Numbered from the stretch's first letter, positions 53,152-62,768 are shown. The stretch is 64,000 bases of DNA from Promethearchaeia archaeon (GCA_029856155.1 JAHQWL010000081.1:45637-109636); one strand, 5' to 3'. Notes: generated by a model not told the origin, from the sequence alone. Numbers and translations: made by a program.

Positions 53152-54585
53152 TCATTTTTTAGTTATTTCATATATTGACTCTCTGATGGATGGTGTTATG
53201 AAATCAACTTCTTTTGGCTTCTCTAAAGTATCCAAAAGATTATATTCTGTAATCATTTGAAGAACACCCATAACAACCATTCCATGATTGTACTGTTCAT
53301 TAGCATCGTAGAGATTTCTCCAACAGAAAGGACATTCGGTTGTTAAGATATCCGCTCCTATTGCATTTGCTTCATCACATCGAAGACTTGCGGTTCTAAT
53401 AGAAAATTCAGGATATCCTGCCCTCACACCTCCACCAGCACCACAACACATACTATCAAGTTTTATACGGTACATCTCTTTAAATTTAATTCCTACATCT
53501 TCTTCAAGTTTTCTAAGAATAACCCGTGGAACATCATACCACGCTTCGATTGCATTCTTAATTTTTCGACTATCTATCATTAGATTTTCAGATTTCTCAA
53601 TCATCTCTTGTTCCATATCAAGTGCAAAATGTCTTCCAGTGTGACAAGGATCATGGTATGTAACCACTTTACCCTTTAATTCCTTGTTAGGTTTGAATTT
53701 GATTTTTTCTTGTTGGACTAATCGTGCCACAAGTTCAAATGCATGTTGAGTCTTAAATGGAAGTTTTTCATCTTCAGCCATCCATTTTGGATAATCAATA
53801 GTAAAAGTTCTATAACAACCAGCACAGCTGAAGTAAACCATTTCTACATTCTTGAAAGTTTCAAGATTTTTCCTCATTAATCCTTGAGCTGTATCAACTG
53901 CACCAATCCTAAAGAATGGACTTCCACAGCATACCTCATCAGCAACTAACGTGAAATTCATACCCAATTGCTCAAATAGTTTTGCAGTTGCTATGGCAAC
54001 CTCTATTTGTCGATAACTTGCGGTACATCCAACATAATAAGCAATTTTAGCGTCTTTATTATTGATAAATTTCTCTAAACCAGCATCCTTAGCCCATTTT
54101 AATCTTTCAGCTGCCGCTCCACCATATGGATTATTTCGCTCCTTTACTAATTTATCTACTAACTCATGTTTATCAATCATAGGTATTCCAGATTCAATAC
54201 AGGCGGCTCTTAAAGACTCAATAATATCAACAGTACGAACCTTGGTTTCACATTGAGCAGAACACTGACCACATGTAATACACGGTAAAATTACATCCCT
54301 AACTTCTTCGCTAAATTCTAAGTCTCCACTTAAAATTGATCGAGCAATCCACATCTTACCTGCATTCCAGAAGGCTTCCCATCCATATTCTATACCCGCT
54401 GGACAAGCGTCTATCATTCCTTCATAAAGTACTGTACTTTGCTTTCCAGAAAATTCTCCAATTCCTTCCCTGTCAGGTTCATTAGAATAGGCAAATTTAC
54501 ATGCTTTACAATGAATACATTTATAAATATCCTTTTTTAATTCTTCTAATCTTTCCATTCCTGTTTTAGCCATTTTTTTAATCAA
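53152..54585 (-). CDS. Fe-S oxidoreductase, HdrD/GlcF-like (CCG domains)
   Basis: CIHCKAC..CP, CITCGQCSAQC, YYVGC, CCG twice, YHDPCH and CPFC. Confidence 0.92.
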   Translation of the reverse strand: MIKKMAKTGMERLEELKKDIYKCIHCKACKFAYSNEPDREGIGEFSGKQSTVLYEGMIDACPAGIEYGWEAFWNAGKMWIARSILSGDLEFSEEVRDVILPCITCGQCSAQCETKVRTVDIIESLRAACIESGIPMIDKHELVDKLVKERNNPYGGAAAERLKWAKDAGLEKFINNKDAKIAYYVGCTASYRQIEVAIATAKLFEQLGMNFTLVADEVCCGSPFFRIGAVDTAQGLMRKNLETFKNVEMVYFSCAGCYRTFTIDYPKWMAEDEKLPFKTQHAFELVARLVQQEKIKFKPNKELKGKVVTYHDPCHTGRHFALDMEQEMIEKSENLMIDSRKIKNAIEAWYDVPRVILRKLEEDVGIKFKEMYRIKLDSMCCGAGGGVRAGYPEFSIRTASLRCDEANAIGADILTTECPFCWRNLYDANEQYNHGMVVMGVLQMITEYNLLDTLEKPKEVDFITPSIRESIYEITKK

Positions 54586-54595
54586 CCTCTTTAAT

Positions 54596-56089
54596 TTATG
54601 GAAGAGCTAATCTTCCTGGATGCATTATCATATTTGGATCTACAAGCTTTTTGAAGGCTCTCAAATATTTCCAATACATACCTGCTTGATAATAAGCTTG
54701 GATATGAATATATGGATCTGGTCTATAGTTAAGCCAGCCTTGCTTCAGACCATATTCAGTAGTTTCTCTATTCAATTCTTGAACTCTTTCTAATTCCTCT
54801 GTCTTTGTGCTGTCAAAGCAAATTATAGGCATACAAATTGCTTGTCGACCGCGTTCAATTGAAGCAACCCACATCGTAGGGGGAAAACCATATTTTTCCA
54901 TTGCGTTACAGTATGTTTCACAGAAATGGGCACATTCTGGCCAAGGTGTATACCAAGTTATAAATAAGAAACCCGCATCCCATAAACCATACGGAACAGC
55001 AATTTTATTTGGTTTTTTCAATCTACTTGCGATTTGTTTTGGATGTAATTCCTGGGCTTTTATTGAATCAGGGTCTTTAGCTCTATTCGCTTTATAATCC
55101 TTTGCCATCTTATCAATTCTATTTGTAACATAGTCTAATTCTTCCTGTGTTTGAGCCCAGCATTCAAAATTCATCCACCACTGCGAAATCCCCATTTCTT
55201 CAAAGAATTTGTAATCATGCGGTACTTTATCCTTTGGCCATCGAGTCATCACAAGAGGGTAATTTCCACCTTGGACCATAACTGTATTATGTGCAATTCC
55301 AAATTCTTGTTTTTGGATTTCCAAAGTTAAATTCTGCATATCATAAGGATTTGACATGCCCCATACTACAATAGTTTTAAATTCGGGATGTGGATAAATC
55401 TTTACTGCTACTTTGGTGATTACTCCCATAGTTCCTTGACTACCCATCAAAAGGGACCATATATCAGGACCAAGTCCATATTTGTAGAATGGTTTCGCAG
55501 TAGGTAATGCCCAAGAACCAGTTCTTAAAACATCACCATTTGCAAACACAACTTCAGCACCCATAAAATTGTCTCCTTGTGGCCCCACACTTGAAGTATA
55601 TAATGAAAATCCTCTATCAATGGCATCTCCCATAACTGTAGAGGCTGGTGGAGCTCCATCTGGTATTGGTGGTGCCCATTCAGGAGTATTTTTGTGCATA
55701 TATGCCCAGAGTCCTCCTATGGTTACTCCAGGTTCTACAATTGCGAATCGATTTTCCTCATCGATTTCAATAATTCTATTCATTCGCCCTAAATCAAGGA
55801 GTACCCCCCCAGGTTTGATTGTTGGACACGAAAACCCACCAGACAATCCCCCAGAGACTGGACTTACTGCAATCTTCTCCGCGGAACAATAAATCAAGAT
55901 TTTGCGAATCTCTTCAACATATTTAGGTCGAATGACGATATCTGGAATTTGCGATTCTAAACCCATAACAGATTTAGCGAGGTATGATGCTGTAATAGCT
56001 TTGTTATTTGTAGCATACTCTTTACCAACAATACCGATCATAGCTTCTAAATCTTTTTCATCTGGTAATTTATAGCTCATATTTTCCAA
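54596..56089 (-). CDS. FAD-binding oxidoreductase (GlcD/VAO-PCMH family)
   Basis: LDLGRMNRI, VEPGVT, GSQGTMGVITK and DPNMIMHPG. Confidence 0.92.
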   Translation of the reverse strand: MENMSYKLPDEKDLEAMIGIVGKEYATNNKAITASYLAKSVMGLESQIPDIVIRPKYVEEIRKILIYCSAEKIAVSPVSGGLSGGFSCPTIKPGGVLLDLGRMNRIIEIDEENRFAIVEPGVTIGGLWAYMHKNTPEWAPPIPDGAPPASTVMGDAIDRGFSLYTSSVGPQGDNFMGAEVVFANGDVLRTGSWALPTAKPFYKYGLGPDIWSLLMGSQGTMGVITKVAVKIYPHPEFKTIVVWGMSNPYDMQNLTLEIQKQEFGIAHNTVMVQGGNYPLVMTRWPKDKVPHDYKFFEEMGISQWWMNFECWAQTQEELDYVTNRIDKMAKDYKANRAKDPDSIKAQELHPKQIASRLKKPNKIAVPYGLWDAGFLFITWYTPWPECAHFCETYCNAMEKYGFPPTMWVASIERGRQAICMPIICFDSTKTEELERVQELNRETTEYGLKQGWLNYRPDPYIHIQAYYQAGMYWKYLRAFKKLVDPNMIMHPGRLALP

Positions 56090-56312
56090 CCTTTTAATTA
56101 ATCTTTAAATTTTTGATTTTTTATAATTGAATGTATTATTTTGGAAAATTAAGTACTGAATTTTAAATTTTGTTATATCATTTTCATACAAACTACGATT
56201 TTTTCTTATAGAAATTATGTTTCTTATTAAAGTATAAAAAATATATCTGAGAAAAGGAATAAAAAGCAGTAAAGTAATGAAAAAACATCAATTATATTTA
56301 TTGATTGTAGTT

Positions 56313-56864
56313 TTATATAGTTATAAATTCAGGTATATTAGAGCTAATTGAAGATTTTTGCCTCCTATTATCTTTAATGATATATTCGAGAAAAATTTCA
56401 TTATTTTCGTCAATAAATTCCCAGAATTCTTCATAAATTTCTTTCCAATTCATCTTTTTCTTTTGTTGTTTAATTTGTTTCTCTAAAGTACCATGATTTT
56501 TATTGTTTTTACTATCTAGAGGGATAAACTTCACATTCTTATCATCAAGAATCAAACTTTCAAATGCATTTTGATTAATCTTCTCATTTTGATTATAAGC
56601 TTTTACGCCATTTCTTAAATTTTTAGAATTTTCTTGGTTCAGTTCCAAATCTACTTTCTGATATCCTCTGACTTGAAAATTATTATCAATAAAAACTTGA
56701 AAATGATGGGGACAAATTAATCCCTTATGGATTGAAATAGTATTTAAATTAGAATTTTTATTTAATCTCGATCTTGGTATGCCAATTAAATCACTTGTTT
56801 TACATATTGGGCATATCACTTGAATCTTATTTGTTCGGTTAGGGATTAACATTAAAGTTCTCAC
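56313..56864 (-). CDS. Zinc-binding hypothetical protein
   Basis: CPIC...CPHHFQVFID.NF.VRGYQ motif. Confidence 0.7.
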   Translation of the reverse strand: MRTLMLIPNRTNKIQVICPICKTSDLIGIPRSRLNKNSNLNTISIHKGLICPHHFQVFIDNNFQVRGYQKVDLELNQENSKNLRNGVKAYNQNEKINQNAFESLILDDKNVKFIPLDSKNNKNHGTLEKQIKQQKKKMNWKEIYEEFWEFIDENNEIFLEYIIKDNRRQKSSISSNIPEFITI

Positions 56865-57017
56865 ATTTTTAAATAAAAATTTAATCTTGTAAAAATCTCT
56901 ATAAGATTATATTTAAACTTAGCATTTTTGTTGGCTATGACCGAATCTTTAAGTTCAATAAATAATTTTTACAAGTATTATACTCATCCTAATTCAATTA
57001 TAATATAAGAGGATATC

Positions 57018-58421
57018 ATGTCAGAAATGGATATTTTTTTTCACCCAAAATCGATTGCGATAATTGGAGCATCTGATAGTTTTAAATTCGGATATGCTAC
57101 AACAAAATATCTACTAGGTTCAAAATTTAAAACTTTTCCCGTTAACATCAAGAAACAAGAAATTCATGGTCATAAAGCTTATAAAAGCATAGAAGATATT
57201 CCAGAAGAAATAGATTTAGTAGTAATTCTTGTTGGAAATGAATTTGTGCTTCAAACAGTAAAAGATTGTATAAAAAAGGGAGTAAAAGGGATAATAATAG
57301 AATCAGCTGGTTTTGCAGAGACTGGTATAGAGAAGTATATAAAGATTCAAGAAGAAATTGAAATGATTGCTAAAGAATCAAAAGTCAGAATTATAGGTCC
57401 TAATTGTATAGGAGTGACCGATTTTAACAATCAATTCACAACCGCAGACATGAGTTTTGATCAAGCGTCTAGTGGAAAGGTTGCCGTTATTGCACAATCT
57501 GGAGTACTTGGAAATATATTTATAGATTGGGCCACAGATAAAGGGATTGGTTTTTCTAAAACTATTACAATAGGAAACAAAGTGGATGTTGACGAAGTGG
57601 ATTTACTTAAATATTTAAACGAAGATCCTGAAACAAAAGTCATAACTCTTTATCTAGAAGGTACGAAACGAGGGAAAGAATTATTTGAAACATTTAAAAA
57701 CATGGAAAAACCCGTTATAATTCTTAAAAACGGAAAAAGTGATATAGGTTCAAAAGCAGTTAATAGCCATACGGGATCAATGGCGGGGAATAACAAAGTA
57801 TATGATGCTGTCATTAAACAGAATCCTAAAATCTTTAGAGTAAATAATTTTTATGAAATGTTTAATGTGGCACATGTTTTTGCTAGTCAACCTTTACCTA
57901 CAGGGAAAAATATTGCTATTATCACAGGTTCAGGAAGTTTAGGAGCATTAGCATGTGATGAAATTGAAGAACAGAGACTAAATCTTGCAAATTTAACTGA
58001 AAATACCATCTCTCTTATTAAATCAGTAATTCCCAACTGGGTTTCAATTCGAGGTACTATAGATTTAGGTCCTTCTATCTTTGAGACATTTATTCCAACT
58101 ATAGAAGCACTTTTTCAAGATGAGAATGTAGATTGCATTTTATATATTTTTTCAGTTCCTCGATGGCCACTTCAAATGATGGGGTCAATGGCGAAAAACT
58201 GGGCAGAACAGCAATTTGAACTCATTAAAGAATTAACGCAAAAATTTAATAAGCCATGCGTATGTGTATGCTTTGGTTCTGGATGGACCTTTGATTTTCT
58301 TAGAAAAGCTGAATCTTCATCAAATTTAGAATTTAAAATTCCAATAATGAGCAGAATAAAACATGCTCTAAAAGCATTTAAGATGATGTATGAATTTGGA
58401 AAAATAAAGAAGTTAGATTAA
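57018..58421 (+). CDS. Acyl-CoA synthetase (NDP-forming) alpha subunit
   Basis: PKSIAIIGAS, IGPNCIG, QSG, GNKVD and SHTG phospho-His. Confidence 0.9.
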   Translation: MSEMDIFFHPKSIAIIGASDSFKFGYATTKYLLGSKFKTFPVNIKKQEIHGHKAYKSIEDIPEEIDLVVILVGNEFVLQTVKDCIKKGVKGIIIESAGFAETGIEKYIKIQEEIEMIAKESKVRIIGPNCIGVTDFNNQFTTADMSFDQASSGKVAVIAQSGVLGNIFIDWATDKGIGFSKTITIGNKVDVDEVDLLKYLNEDPETKVITLYLEGTKRGKELFETFKNMEKPVIILKNGKSDIGSKAVNSHTGSMAGNNKVYDAVIKQNPKIFRVNNFYEMFNVAHVFASQPLPTGKNIAIITGSGSLGALACDEIEEQRLNLANLTENTISLIKSVIPNWVSIRGTIDLGPSIFETFIPTIEALFQDENVDCILYIFSVPRWPLQMMGSMAKNWAEQQFELIKELTQKFNKPCVCVCFGSGWTFDFLRKAESSSNLEFKIPIMSRIKHALKAFKMMYEFGKIKKLD

Positions 58422-58693
58422 CTAAAACGTATTTTCCCTTTTTTAATCTATGCTTATAATTAAAAAACTTACGAGAGAAATTTATTGTGAGGTTAAAAAA
58501 AATTGATATAAAAACCATTGAGAATGTAAATGAGATATAATTAATTTTAGTTCTATGCAATTTCGTGTCAAATTTTAAGATCTTCTTATTGGTTTTCATA
58601 AGAATACTTCAAAAATTGGACTCCAAATTTTTTTAATTACATTATGATCTCCTTTTAATTAAGTAAAAATATTAAATTTAAAGTGATAGAATA

Positions 58694-59221
58694 ATGAGTG
58701 AAGTATATATTTTTAATATCGCATGGCAAGAAATTGTCAATTGGTTTTTAGTTCAACCTATTTACGCACAAGTTCTTGTATTGATAGGAGTCTTTGCTGT
58801 ATTAACTCTTGCTGTAATATTAGTTTATTACATTCTCAAAGGTGTGGCTTATTTAGTTTACTATATACTAAAAGGAGTTTATTACCTTCTGAAAGGAATT
58901 GGTCTACTCTTTTATAAGATATTCGAAGGACTGTATTATGCGATTTCAGGAAAAACTAAACCGGTAAAGAATCTAGCACCAGAACAACAAGCACCACCTC
59001 AACAACAAATGATACGTCAAGTGAAACATGAACAAGAACCAATTGTACCCATTCAACAGAGCATACAAATAGTTCGACCTGAAGTTGCTTATTGCAGTGA
59101 ATGTGGTAATAAATTTACAGATTCAATGCTTCAAACTCTACAAGAAAGTGGAGTTGCCTACTGTATTCATTGTGGAAATAAAAAAACTCAAGAATACAAA
59201 ATGAGTATTGAAAGTCAATAA
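58694..59221 (+). CDS. Membrane protein with YYILKG repeats and C-terminal zinc ribbon
   Basis: TM helix, amphipathic repeats, P/Q-rich linker, CSEC...CIHC; AAGTGAT SD. Confidence 0.75.
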   Translation: MSEVYIFNIAWQEIVNWFLVQPIYAQVLVLIGVFAVLTLAVILVYYILKGVAYLVYYILKGVYYLLKGIGLLFYKIFEGLYYAISGKTKPVKNLAPEQQAPPQQQMIRQVKHEQEPIVPIQQSIQIVRPEVAYCSECGNKFTDSMLQTLQESGVAYCIHCGNKKTQEYKMSIESQ

Positions 59222-59249
59222 TATTTTTTATTCTTTTTTTTTTCTTTAA

Positions 59250-61016
59250 TGTCAAACAACACTCACCCGACAAAAATAAATAGGCTCTGTGAGCTTAATA
59301 GAAAGATTTATCTTCGTTAAATCCTTATTTTATTTAATGCCAGCAAAACCTTCTGAAATCAAAAAAGCTACAATCCATACTTATTGGAATTCTAAAGAAG
59401 GATTGATCTGCCCCTTATGTTCTTCTCAACTACAATATGAATTTAATAATGGAGGTAGGAAAATTATTACTTTAAAGGGACCTGTATGGGTAATGACTAA
59501 TTATTATAGCTGCATTAATCCTAAGTGTGAAATGCACGAGGCATTTCCAGTAGCATATCATTCTGCCATGCAACGGAAGCGATTTTCCTTGGAAGTATGG
59601 GCAAAAGTGATACAACATCATTTCAAGCATCATCTTAATTATTCCACTATTGTTGAACTCATGTGGGACGATTGGGACGTGTCAATTTCGAGGAACACGG
59701 TGAGAAACATCTGCGAATTTTTTGAAATGGCAGGAAAGCAATACACGGACAAAAAAGTCCTAAAAGAGGTAGAATCAAGCGGGAGAATCGTTTTATCGCT
59801 TGATGGTGCCCAACCAGTTAAGAACGAGCCTTCTCTTTGGGTCTTTTCTGATCGTCTCACGGGAAACGTGCTCCTAGCAAGGAACTTAGAATCTGCTCCC
59901 GCATTCGCGTTATGTGCTATATTTCGAGAAATTGAAATGCTCTATAGCGTTCCCATCGTAGCCATCATTTCTGACAAGCAAAAAAACATTGTGAATGGTG
60001 TCAAGCAATTCAAACCAGATATCCCACATGCATATTGCCAGTACCACTTCCTTAACCACGTTGCCGAGCCCATTGCTTCGAAAGATTCGCATCTCAAGAA
60101 AATTCTTCGGAAATCTGTAAGACAATTCTCAATTGTCTATAATAATAAATATACCGATTCAAACGAGTTATACAAATTGTTTCATCCCATTAGCGAGGAG
60201 CTGAAATGTGCCATCTCCACGCGTGGTGTTCGATTTGACATGTTTCCAGGAATCGAAGCATATGCGAATTTAGAGTATGTTGTGTCACGATTGGAACAAT
60301 TCGGGGAAATGGAGTTCACTCCGAAAGTTTCTCGCACACTAAACGCTCTTCTTGCAGCATTAAAGAATTTACTTAGAGAGAATCGTCATTTACGAGAGGA
60401 AATAACCTCCTTGATACCTGATTTTCAGCAGATTCGTAAGATTTTGGCCAAAAGGGATAAAAAATCTTCTCAAATTGAGAAAGAAGTGAAAAAATGGGTG
60501 TACAAACTCCAAAGCCGCTTGAAAAGAAGAAAATTGGAATCTAATCCTCAGAACATCAAGTGGCAACAACCTTCTTTCAAGGTAAGTTGCGAGGAAATAT
60601 GGCAACAATGGATTCGGTTAGTAAAATCTTATAATGAAGGATTATACAGGGCTTATGATGTCGAGGAATTAGAGTTTACCAATAACGCCAAAGAACAGCT
60701 GTTTCACCGCAGTAAGCACCATTTTAAAGCCCTATTGGGCCGTGAAAACGTTGCAAGAGCGTTTCTGAACCACGGAGGACTGCATGTCCAGTTATTAGAT
60801 ATCGATTTTACGAAAAAAAAAGTTACTAGCGTGCTGTTAGCATGTGAAACCCCACTTATTGAAGCCCACAGGAAAGAATTTAACGCACAATACGCAACAA
60901 TAAAACGAACGTGGAGAATTAGAGAAAAAGACACGGGAAACTTTACCCAATTCAAAATTAATTTGACTCAACTAGGGGGAACCTAATCTATTTTGTCGAG
61001 TGAGTGGGCTTTGACA
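59250..61016 (+). mobile_element. Insertion sequence (~1.77 kb) with imperfect ~26-bp terminal inverted repeats
   Basis: Left end tgtcaaacaacactcacccgacaaaa; right end (reverse complement) tgtcaaagcccactcactcgacaaaa; visibly higher GC than host DNA. Confidence 0.9.
59337..60986 (+). CDS. DDE transposase (IS256/ISL3/MULE-like signatures)
   Basis: Zinc ribbon CPLC..C..C, HTH, SLDG, ISD, CQYH (CxxH) and TNNAKE. Probable ATG is 59337; the ORF is open from 59289. Confidence 0.88.
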   Translation: MPAKPSEIKKATIHTYWNSKEGLICPLCSSQLQYEFNNGGRKIITLKGPVWVMTNYYSCINPKCEMHEAFPVAYHSAMQRKRFSLEVWAKVIQHHFKHHLNYSTIVELMWDDWDVSISRNTVRNICEFFEMAGKQYTDKKVLKEVESSGRIVLSLDGAQPVKNEPSLWVFSDRLTGNVLLARNLESAPAFALCAIFREIEMLYSVPIVAIISDKQKNIVNGVKQFKPDIPHAYCQYHFLNHVAEPIASKDSHLKKILRKSVRQFSIVYNNKYTDSNELYKLFHPISEELKCAISTRGVRFDMFPGIEAYANLEYVVSRLEQFGEMEFTPKVSRTLNALLAALKNLLRENRHLREEITSLIPDFQQIRKILAKRDKKSSQIEKEVKKWVYKLQSRLKRRKLESNPQNIKWQQPSFKVSCEEIWQQWIRLVKSYNEGLYRAYDVEELEFTNNAKEQLFHRSKHHFKALLGRENVARAFLNHGGLHVQLLDIDFTKKKVTSVLLACETPLIEAHRKEFNAQYATIKRTWRIREKDTGNFTQFKINLTQLGGT

Positions 61017-61042
61017 ATTAAGAAAAAAAAAAGAAATATTTG

Positions 61043-62458
61043 TTAAAATTTGGTTTCATCGATAATGGGCATTTCTTCAGAATCTAAATTTCTTTGGATC
61101 TCATTAATAGGTAATTCAAATTCTTTTAAATTTCCAGCCATAAACTCCTTATAAGCTAATAGATCAAAAAATCCATGACCACTAAAATTGAACAAGATTA
61201 CCTTTTTCTCATTGTTTTCTTTAGCTTTCAATGCCTGATTAATCGTTTCTTGTATGGCATGCGCAGTTTCTGGAGCAGGAAGTATACCTTCAGCTCTAGC
61301 GAACTGAATACCGGCGTTAATTACTTCAGTTTGATGATGCATAACTGTATTGAGAAATTTGTTTTTGTATAGAATTGAAATAATAGGAGCCATTCCATGA
61401 TATCTTAATCCTCCCGCATGAATTGGGCTTGGCACGAAAGTATGCCCTAGAGTATACATCTTCACTATCGGCCCCTTCATCGAAGAATCTCCAAAATCCC
61501 ATCTATACTCTCCTTTACAAACACTAGGGCATGCTCGAGGTTCTACACCAATAAATTCCATATCTGGAGTTGTTCCGTTAAGTTTATCTTTCATAAACGG
61601 AATCATCAAACCTCCAAAATTAGAACCACCTCCCATGCACCCGATAATTATATCTGGTTTTTTAATACCCACTTTCGCTAGTTGTATTTTAGCTTCTTGT
61701 CCTATAATTGTTTGATGTAAAAGCACAAAATTAACTACACTTCCAAGAGAATATCGTGCTTTATCACTTCTCATACTATGTTCTAATGCTTCAGAAATCG
61801 CGATTCCTAGACTACCTGGGTGTTCGGGATCTTTTTGTAAAAATTTATTTCCTGATTCAGTAAGATTTGAAGGACTAGCATATACTTCAGCATTAAAAGC
61901 TCTCATTAAAATAGTTCTGCCTGGTTTTTGGATGAAACTTGCTCTTACCATGTATACGATGCATTTAAGTCTATATAAATTGCAACCATATGCCAAAGCT
62001 GATCCCCACTGTCCAGCACCTGTTTCCGTAACCAATTCTTCAGTACCTTCTTTTTTCGCATAGTATGCTTGGGTTATGGCAGTATTAGGTTTATGTGACC
62101 CCGTTGGAGAACAAGACTCATTTTTATAAAATATTTTAATTCTATCTCCTTCTATACCTAAGTCTCTCTCTAAGCCTAAAGCGCGATGTAGTGGACTTGG
62201 TCGATAGGTACGGGCAAAAATTTCCCTTAATTCCTTAGGGATGGGAATACTAGGTTCTAAAGAGAACTCTTGCATTACACATTCTTTTGGAAATATAGCA
62301 AATGCCATTTCAGGAGGAATTGGTTTCCCATCCATCGGATTAATTAAGGGCGTCATAGAAGAGGGTAAATCTGGTAAAATATTTATCCAATTCTTTGGGA
62401 TTTCATTTGGTTGTAATAATACTCTTCCATTAAAATTATCTACCATTCTAATTACCAT
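61043..62458 (-). CDS. trpB2: Tryptophan synthase beta chain 2 (TrpB2)
   Basis: GSHKPNT PLP-Lys, TETGAGQWG, GGGSN, HAGGLRYHG and SGHG. The start may be the ATG at 62446. Confidence 0.95.
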   Translation of the reverse strand: MVIRMVDNFNGRVLLQPNEIPKNWINILPDLPSSMTPLINPMDGKPIPPEMAFAIFPKECVMQEFSLEPSIPIPKELREIFARTYRPSPLHRALGLERDLGIEGDRIKIFYKNESCSPTGSHKPNTAITQAYYAKKEGTEELVTETGAGQWGSALAYGCNLYRLKCIVYMVRASFIQKPGRTILMRAFNAEVYASPSNLTESGNKFLQKDPEHPGSLGIAISEALEHSMRSDKARYSLGSVVNFVLLHQTIIGQEAKIQLAKVGIKKPDIIIGCMGGGSNFGGLMIPFMKDKLNGTTPDMEFIGVEPRACPSVCKGEYRWDFGDSSMKGPIVKMYTLGHTFVPSPIHAGGLRYHGMAPIISILYKNKFLNTVMHHQTEVINAGIQFARAEGILPAPETAHAIQETINQALKAKENNEKKVILFNFSGHGFFDLLAYKEFMAGNLKEFELPINEIQRNLDSEEMPIIDETKF

Positions 62459-62560
62459 TGATATTCATTTTTTCACACCTTATGATGTGTGTCATCAAAT
62501 TATTGGAAATCAATATATTTAATGCGCATTTAGAAAGAGATTTTAATATTTTTCAGAATA

Positions 62561-62656
62561 TTAAAATGAAAAAATAAAATTACATAGAATCCACTGCATT
62601 TGGCTTTATTGCCAACGCCAGGGCCACTGCCAACCAAAATTTCGCACAGTTGCCAT
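62561..62656 (-). promoter_or_regulatory. Candidate attenuator: leader ORF, hairpin and U-tract
   Basis: GCGUUGGC-AAUAAA-GCCAA(A)UGC hairpin followed by AUUUUAUUUUUUCAUUUU. Confidence 0.55.
62606..62656 (-). CDS. Trp-rich leader peptide (TrpL-like) MATVRNFGWQWPWRWQ
   Basis: ATG GCA ACT GTG CGA AAT TTT GGT TGG CAG TGG CCC TGG CGT TGG CAA TAA on the same strand, about 150 nt upstream of trpB2. Confidence 0.85.
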   Translation of the reverse strand: MATVRNFGWQWPWRWQ

Positions 62657-62698
62657 AATTATAAAAAAAGACTTCAAATTTTTTTATGTAATTTTTAA

Positions 62699-62716
62699 TT
62701 ATTGATATATCAATAA
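62699..62716. promoter_or_regulatory. Perfect 18-bp palindrome, candidate operator
   Basis: TTATTGATATATCAATAA, 43-60 nt upstream of the leader ATG. Confidence 0.4.
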
Positions 62717-62768
62717 AAAGTTAATGGTATTTCATAATAGTATTCTGGAAATCTAGATGTTTAATCAA

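Noticed and set aside
62561-62599. Second small ORF MQWILCNFIFSF after the leader
   Set aside because: It has one Trp, no SD, and runs through the U-tract; probably incidental
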